From positions 19,468,001 to 19,532,000 of the forward strand of contig OZ336888.1 of NCBI GenBank assembly GCA_965287045.1: 64,000 nt of DNA. Reading direction: 5' to 3'. A model generated the notes under the pieces. It made no database searches and was not told the DNA's origin. It saw nothing but the letters and a program-made list of their open reading frames with translations. The position numbers were made by a program, and so were the translations under genes. The stretch is from Carcharhinus amblyrhynchos (Eukaryota). Every line of letters starts with the position of its first letter. Within the stretch, counting starts at the first letter, position 1. Below, one piece after another: positions 25,571 through 64,000 of this stretch.

Positions 25571-25954
25571 TCTTCCAAATTATGAATAAATTCAAATAAT
25601 GAAGCTTTTAAAAATAAAACAATGAAATACTAAAACAAAAAAAATTGATTAATTTCAGACTGGATGAAAATACGATGAAAACATTAATGTGATTTAACGA
25701 TTGCAGGAGGGATACTTACAATATTGGAGACCGAGACTTTTCTCTGATTATCAATCTTTGGATGGAGTACTTGTAATAGGGAATTGTAGAGGAAGTTGGC
25801 ATAACTCAGAATAGCCTTAGACAGACCAAGAAATTGGTTAGTGCCCAGCAACTGTGCTGAAATTGATGCTCGATGATCCAACTTCTAGAATAAATTTTTA
25901 AGTAATCATTGGGTTTAACTAAATAAAAAAATTCAACTGTACACGTATTACTCA

Positions 25955-26356
25955 AGAAACTACAAAAGACTTGTGAACATAGCCCAGTCTAACACGCAAA
26001 TCAGCCCCCCATCCATTGATTCTATCTAGACTTCCCGCTGCCTCAGAAAAGCATAATTAAGGACCCCTTGTACCCACGACATACGCTCTTCCACCTTCTT
26101 CAGTCGGGAAAATGATACTAAAGTCTGAAAACATGTACCAACTGACTCACGAACAGCTTCTTCCCTGCTGCTATCAGATTCTTGAATGGTCTTATCACAC
26201 ACTAGGCTGATCTTTCTCTTCACCCTATAGGTAACTGCAACACTATATTCTGCACCTGTCCTTTGCGTCTTCCCTATGAACAATATGTTGTCTGTATAGC
26301 TCACAAGAAACAACACTTTTCACTGTACCCCAATATGTGTGACAATAATAAATCAA
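25955..26356 (+). mobile_element. Rex1/Babar LINE 3' fragment
   Basis: Homologous to 255-650. Confidence 0.8.
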
Positions 26357-26759
26357 TTCTATATATTTTATGGATTCAAAATAAACAGTATGTATAGAAT
26401 ATTAGTCAGACCTGAACAATCAAGCTGTATTTATCAATCACAAAGCCCTCCTTTAGGAAGGCATCTATTTATTGCTGGCATTTAACACTTGCTTAACATT
26501 TGGGATAAGTCCATCCCATCTGGAGATAACTCATGGTAAACATTACTGCCATTGCCTGAAAGAGGGAGACCTTTGGTACCTTTAGTGTCCTGGGGTTTGC
26601 ATTCTTTGTCATGCTGTGAAACCTCTTAATCTCACCGTTGCAGAGGAAAATTGCACAGAAGTCCTTATATTTGTAGTTTAACTGTAGTGGCACATTTCAT
26701 GGAAACTTTTAGTATGGATTGTCTTTCTCAGCAGACAGTTCTGCTGTCATTGAATGTTG

Positions 26760-27077
26760 TAAGAAGTCTCATTACTCCAGGTTAAAGTCCAACAGGTTTA
26801 TTGGATAACAAAATCCACTAGCTTTCGGATCGCTGCCCCTTCATCAGGTGAATGGGATTTCAGTTCACAAACAGGGCATATAAAGACACAAACTCAATTT
26901 ACAAAATAATGATTGGAATGCGAGTCTTTACAGGTAATCAAGTCTTAAAGGTACAGACAATGTGAGTGGAGAGACCATTAAGGACAGGTTAAAGAGATGT
27001 GTATTGTCTCCAGACAGGACAGTTAGTGAGATTTTGCAAGCCCAGGCAAGTCATTATGAGGGTTACAGATAGTGTGC
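26760..27077 (-). mobile_element. Penelope-like terminal fragment
   Basis: Homologous to 22228-22545; 11-bp TSD TGAATGTTGTA (26751-26761 / 27078-27088). Confidence 0.88.
26816..26850 (-). ncRNA. Minimal hammerhead ribozyme (Penelope-associated)
   Basis: CAC-CUGAUGA-A-GGGGC(AGC)GAUCC-GAAA-GC-UA-GUG: intact core, one mismatch in stem II. Confidence 0.7.
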
Positions 27078-27249
27078 TGAATGTTGTACCATTGATAGGT
27101 CAGTGGGTGCAGTGGTTCTGGATGCCAAAAATGAGTCAGCAACATTTAGCAGAGGTTTTGTACACAGAAGTTTCTACAGGAAGAAGTGTTTGAAGAGAGC
27201 AATGGAAGAATAACTTTTGATACCCAAAAATAATCTTCATCGTGTGCAG

Positions 27250-27950
27250 GTCCTGAAATAGAATCACAGAAAACTTGCAAGCAGGTCCAACAAGTAGTTA
27301 AGAAAGCAAAAAGAATTTTCACCTTTATTGCAAAGCGGTTGGAATTTAAATTAGGGAGGTTTTGTTGCAATTATACAGGGCGTTGGCAAGGCCTCACCTG
27401 GAATACTGCATACAATTTTGGTCCCTTATCCTAAAAAGAATATAGTAACATTGGAGACAGTCCAAAGGATATTCAGTAGGCTGCTTCCTGGGATGAGAGG
27501 GTTGTACTATCAAGGGACACTAAATAGTCTGGGTCTGTATTCCTTGGCATTTAGAAGAGTGATGGATGGCCTTATTCAAACATTTAAGATCCTGAGGCAG
27601 CTTGACAAAATAGCTAGTGAGATGTTTTCACTAGTGGGAGAGTCCTGACAAAGACGTCATAGCTACAAGATAAAGAGCTGGTCAATTAAAAGTGAGGTGC
27701 ATAGAAATTTCTTCTTGCAGGTAGTGGTGAATCTCTGGAATTCTTTGCCTCAAAGAGTAGTGGAGGCTGGATCATTAGAAGTATTCAACGTGGAAGTGAA
27801 TAAATATTTGATAAATTGAGGAATATGGGTAAATGACACTGAAAAAGAGTTGAAGCCAACATAGATCAGCCATGGTCGTATTGAATAGCAGGGAAGGCTT
27901 GAGGGCCTGGTGGCCTACTCCTGCTGCTATTTCTCGTGTTGTGTGTTCTT
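27250..27950 (+). mobile_element. CR1 3' fragment
   Basis: [20 protein letters not shown]...; 3' UTR tggcctactcctgctgctatttc. Confidence 0.85.
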
Positions 27951-28924
27951 GTAAATCAGGATCTCTTGAGGACAGAATTGTTAAATATGTACTTAAGAAC
28001 TGTAATGCTTCAGGTTTCTAAACTAATTTCTCTTCCAGAAGTCGCAATAGATTCTTTATAACTCAGCTACACCCCTTACGCTCCAGGACTGTATATCTCA
28101 GGTCGGGTAGTCTAAATTCATGAATAAGTTATGTTATGTAATATGAAATATTTCTGAATCAGTGGAAATATCACACACCAGACTAAGCTTACACTAGCTA
28201 AATACTACAGTTTTCATTTACAGATAATCAGCTATCTAGACAGAATTTTGAAAGCCCAAAGCAAGATTTTATAGATGCTGCCTCCAGATCCATCCTGTTT
28301 CTTTACTTGACTCATTACCACTTCCTGCTGCGCTTGTACATATTGGATTATTGAATCATGCTAAGGGACAAAATTAATCAAAAATAGGAATTTCTCCACC
28401 CAGTTTTCTTATCTGGCAGTGATTAAATTTTACCACATTCCATAACATGAAAACCTATCCTTAAATATGGCATTATTTAAGGATGAATATTAGTAGACAG
28501 AAAGAAGACTGTAGGATCAAGATTATCTTTGCGTAAAAGTGTCACCTTTTCTTCATTGTTTCCAACAGTGCTACACAATGCACAGGGAATATTATTACTC
28601 AGATGAGCTCAATATAAAGCTGTTCAGTTCGTGTGATTGTTTTTATATATTTCAGAAGGTATTGCACTTGTTCCTGTAAAAAGTAACAAACTTGCACACA
28701 GTAGCCACTTTCAACAAAATATTCGCAATGCATATACCTTTTTAAATTTTAGAAATAAGTTGATTCTTTATAGTTCAAAAATAATTGAGCAAAAGTCATA
28801 GCTAGGAAACGTGAAGACTCTTCAAAACTATATGATTTTTCTTACAACAACTTACATCCAACAGGAATTATTTTTACTGTTTGTTTTGGTAAATTTGGTG
28901 TCCATAGTAGAATTTCTATCAATT

Positions 28925-29306
28925 ATTTTTAATTCATTCATGGCATGGTGGGCGTCGCTGACTGGGTCAGCATTTATTGCCCATCTTTAATTGCTTTTGA
29001 ACTGAGTGTCTCACTCAGAGGGTAGTTAAGAGTCAACCACATTACTGTGCAACTGGAGTCACATGTAGGCCAGACCAGATAAGGATGGCAGATTTCCTTC
29101 TCTATAAAGGATATTAATGAACCAGATGGGTTTTATGACAATCGACAATGGTTTCATGGTCATTATTAAGACTTTCAATTCCAGATTTTTCTTGAATTCA
29201 AATTTCACCATCCGCCATGGTGGGATTTAAACCCGGGTCCCCAAAGCATTACCTTGAGTCTCTATATTACTAGTCCAGTGACATACCACAACATTACCAC
29301 CTCCCC
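28925..29306 (-). mobile_element. Full-length tRNA-derived SINE
   Basis: Minus strand starts gggaggtggtaatgttgtggta (A box), ggtttaaatccc (B box), and ends atgaatgaattaaaaa. Confidence 0.75.
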
Positions 29307-29679
29307 TAATTGAAGTAATGCAAGCGAATGGTGAATTTCACATGAACCAACACCACAAACAGTAACTGACATACACATTAGCTTCATTGACTGAAATGTG
29401 AAATTCACCAACTTCACGTTTTAAAAGCAGTATATCAGCTTCTTCAAATACGTAACAGTGAGATTGGTATTCTGAATTAAATAACATTGAAAATAACCAC
29501 TGACATTGGATCCTAACATAGCATTATTTTAAAATGTTTTCTAATTCTTCACACTGAAATGCAATGGAACATTAGATTTTCCTTTCTGCTACACAACAAA
29601 TGTGTAGAGAATAATGAATAATAGAATGGGTGATGTAAGAAATAGTTTCCGTGAGCTGAATAAATGAGGTGATAATGGT

Positions 29680-30716
29680 TGGTGACTAGTGGGGTGCCCC
29701 AGGGGTCGGTGCTGGGGCCTCAGCTATTTACCATTTATATAGATGATCTGGAGGAGGGAACCGAGTGCAGGGTGTCGAAATTTGCTGATGACACCAAGAT
29801 TGGGGGAAAGGCAAATTGTGCGGAGGGTGTGGAGAGTCTGCAGAAGGATCTAGATAGGCTGGGCGAATGGGCCAGGAAATGGCAAATGGAATTTAATGTT
29901 GGCAAGTGTGAGGTGGTCCACTTTGGTAGGAAGAATGGTAGGAAGGACTATTACTTACGTGGCAAAAAACTGCAGCAGGCGACGGTGCAGAGGGACCTCG
30001 GGGTCCTTGTGCATGAGTCGCAAAAACCCAGCTTGCAGGTGCAGCAGGTGGTCAGGAAGGCGAATGGGATGCTGGCCTTCATAGCGAGGGGGATTGAATA
30101 TAAAAGTAGGGAGGTCTTGCTGCAGCTGTATAGGGCATTGGTGAGGCCGCAGCTGGAGTACTGTGTGCAGTTTTGGGCGCCGCACCTGCGCAAGGATATT
30201 TTGGCCCTGGAGGGAGTGCAGAGGAGGTTTACTCGGCTGATACCGGAGTTGAGGGGATTGAGCTATGAGGAGAGGCTGAATAAACTAGGCTTGTACTCGT
30301 TAGAGTTTAGAAGAATGAGGGGAGATCTCATTGAGACGTATAAGATGATGAATGGGATGGATAGGATAGAGGTGGAGAGACTCTTCCCGCTCAAAAAAGA
30401 CACTAGGACTAGGGGGCACAGCCTCAAGATAAAGGGGAGACGGTTTAGAACGGAGTTGAGGAGGAACTTCTTCACTCAAAGGGTGGTGAATCTCTGGAAT
30501 TCTCTGCCCGTTGAAGTGGTGGAGGCTGCCTCGCTAAATATTTTTAAGAAGCGGGTTGATGGGTTCTTGATAAGAGAGGGGATTAAGGGTTATGGGGAGA
30601 GGGCGGGAAAGTGGAACTGAGCCACGACAGATCAGCCATGATCTTATTGAATGGCGGGGCAGGCTCGAAGGGCTAGATGGCCTACTCCTGCTCCTATTTC
30701 TTATGTTCTTATGTTA
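29680..30716 (+). mobile_element. Young 5'-truncated CR1, nearly identical to 3484-4522
   Basis: Open 313-aa ORF2 fragment differing from the first copy at about 4 residues; same 3' UTR and (TTCTTATG)n tail. Confidence 0.95.
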
Positions 30717-30774
30717 TAAATTAATTACTAATAGGTCATTGTACATGCTGCCTCCCAAACATTATAGAATAAAA

Positions 30775-30945
30775 CCATAGAATCTCTATAGTACAGAAGG
30801 AGGCCAGTTAGCCCATCAAGGCTGCACCGACAACTACCCCACCCAGGCCTTTTCCCAGTATCCCCACGTATTTGCCCCACTAGTTCCCCTGACACTAAGG
30901 GGCAATTTTGCATGGCCAATCAACCGAGCTGACACATCTTTGGTT
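30775..30945 (-). mobile_element. V-SINE (HE1-like) 3' part with CR1-derived tail
   Basis: catagaatctctatagtacagaaggaggcc...ccctgacactaaggggcaatttt. Confidence 0.75.
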
Positions 30946-32019
30946 ATAACTGGGAAGTATTATTTCCTAGTTACAACTTAATAATTTTTGAAGTGATAAC
31001 ATGTGCAGAGGGCTGAATTCCTAACTGTACCCATGTGAACCACTTCTTAAAATATCCTATAAATCAAACAAAAAGGTTTAAATTCATAGGGTTAGGCAAG
31101 CGAACACAACAGCAGTTGAAATATGTAGCTCAATAGAAATAAACCTCTTTGTGATAGGCATATTTCTTTTATGCCTTTATCACTAGACTTAAACACTGCT
31201 GCAGCATACATATGTCTCTCACAACATATTTAACTTTTTGCACTTTTGAGTGATGGGTTTGAAAAATGATTAGGATAAATGTCTCTGCTAAAAATGGTGA
31301 ACACAGATTGAGATGGTCCAACTAAGATACTGTAACTTTAGTTAACAAAGGATGCGTGGGAAAATAGTTCTGGTTCTATAAATACTGATGTATATGCAAC
31401 TACAAAAATTATCAGCTCATAATGTGAATTATCTAAACAATAAATGGATACTAATCAGTTTCACAAATTTAATTATTCTTCAGCTTATATCATCACATGT
31501 ACAAGTGTTTAATGCACAGAAACTGGAATTATTTTTACATTTTCTCAGCACAATATATACATTGTAGTCTGAAATTATTGAGGATGTGACTGTTCCAATG
31601 CTGAATGCACTGACTTCAAATCCATCTGTGCTATTTTAGTGGAGGAGTTAACCCATTTAAATAAACAGGCCATCCATCATCTTTGCTGAAATTACGGTTA
31701 GAGGAATTTGATACAAATTTGCTTACAGTAACAGTGCTCAGTAATTTCTAGGCTTATAAAAGGAAAATTTAATTATTACAACATATCACCAATTGCAGTA
31801 ACAGTACAGAGGTTATGATGTAAAGTTGAACTTAAAACACAACAATTCTAAGTGTTTGAGATTCTACTTAAGTGAGAGATCAAAAAGAGGATCATTCTCT
31901 CGTCCCATGGGAAACATCACACGCTTTTGACTTCTTAGAAAAAATATACTGTCCAAAGTGCACAGAAAAGTGACCCGTCAGCATATCTCACTTGATGTTC
32001 ATGGGATATTTGTGTTTTT

Positions 32020-63886
<31,867 letters not shown>

Positions 63887-64000
63887 TTCTCCAGTTCTGA
63901 AACAAATAACAACAATGGTTTTTAGCACTAGCAGGTCATAAAACAGTAGATTATCGATTTAGGTTATTGTTCAACAGATTACAGGCCCAACAGGTTCAGA

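Noticed and set aside
1-32000. FGF6 or FGF23 exons expected from human synteny
   Set aside because: No FGF-like peptide recognised on either strand in this window.

Overview
Repeat-rich eukaryotic (vertebrate) DNA. The repeat complement (CR1/HER1-type LINEs, V-SINE/HE1-like SINEs, a DeuSINE, Rex1/Babar, Penelope-like elements) points to a cartilaginous fish (shark). One protein-coding gene is reconstructed on the minus strand: FERRY3/C12orf4. It has 13 coding exons from 63886 to 32020, all GT-AG with consistent phases, giving a 1668-nt CDS and 555 aa; its 5' UTR exon and promoter lie beyond the right end. The rest is intron or intergenic DNA with many mobile elements: CR1 copies (two near-identical young copies and a three-level nest), a decayed Gypsy element, a solo LTR, L2, RTE and Rex1 fragments, PIF/Harbinger-type MITEs, several tRNA-derived SINE families, and Penelope-like elements whose termini carry minimal hammerhead ribozyme motifs. 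Most notable are the hammerhead-bearing Penelope ends (one a perfect 55-bp foldback with a 14-bp TSD), a CR1 whose 3' UTR ends in a captured V-SINE body, and V-SINEs with two different LINE-derived tails. I found no convincing wholly new gene system. Nearly all short ORFs in the track are TE fragments or noise. Repeat boundaries are read by eye and approximate unless a TSD is given, and family names are recognised from memory, not from a database search.
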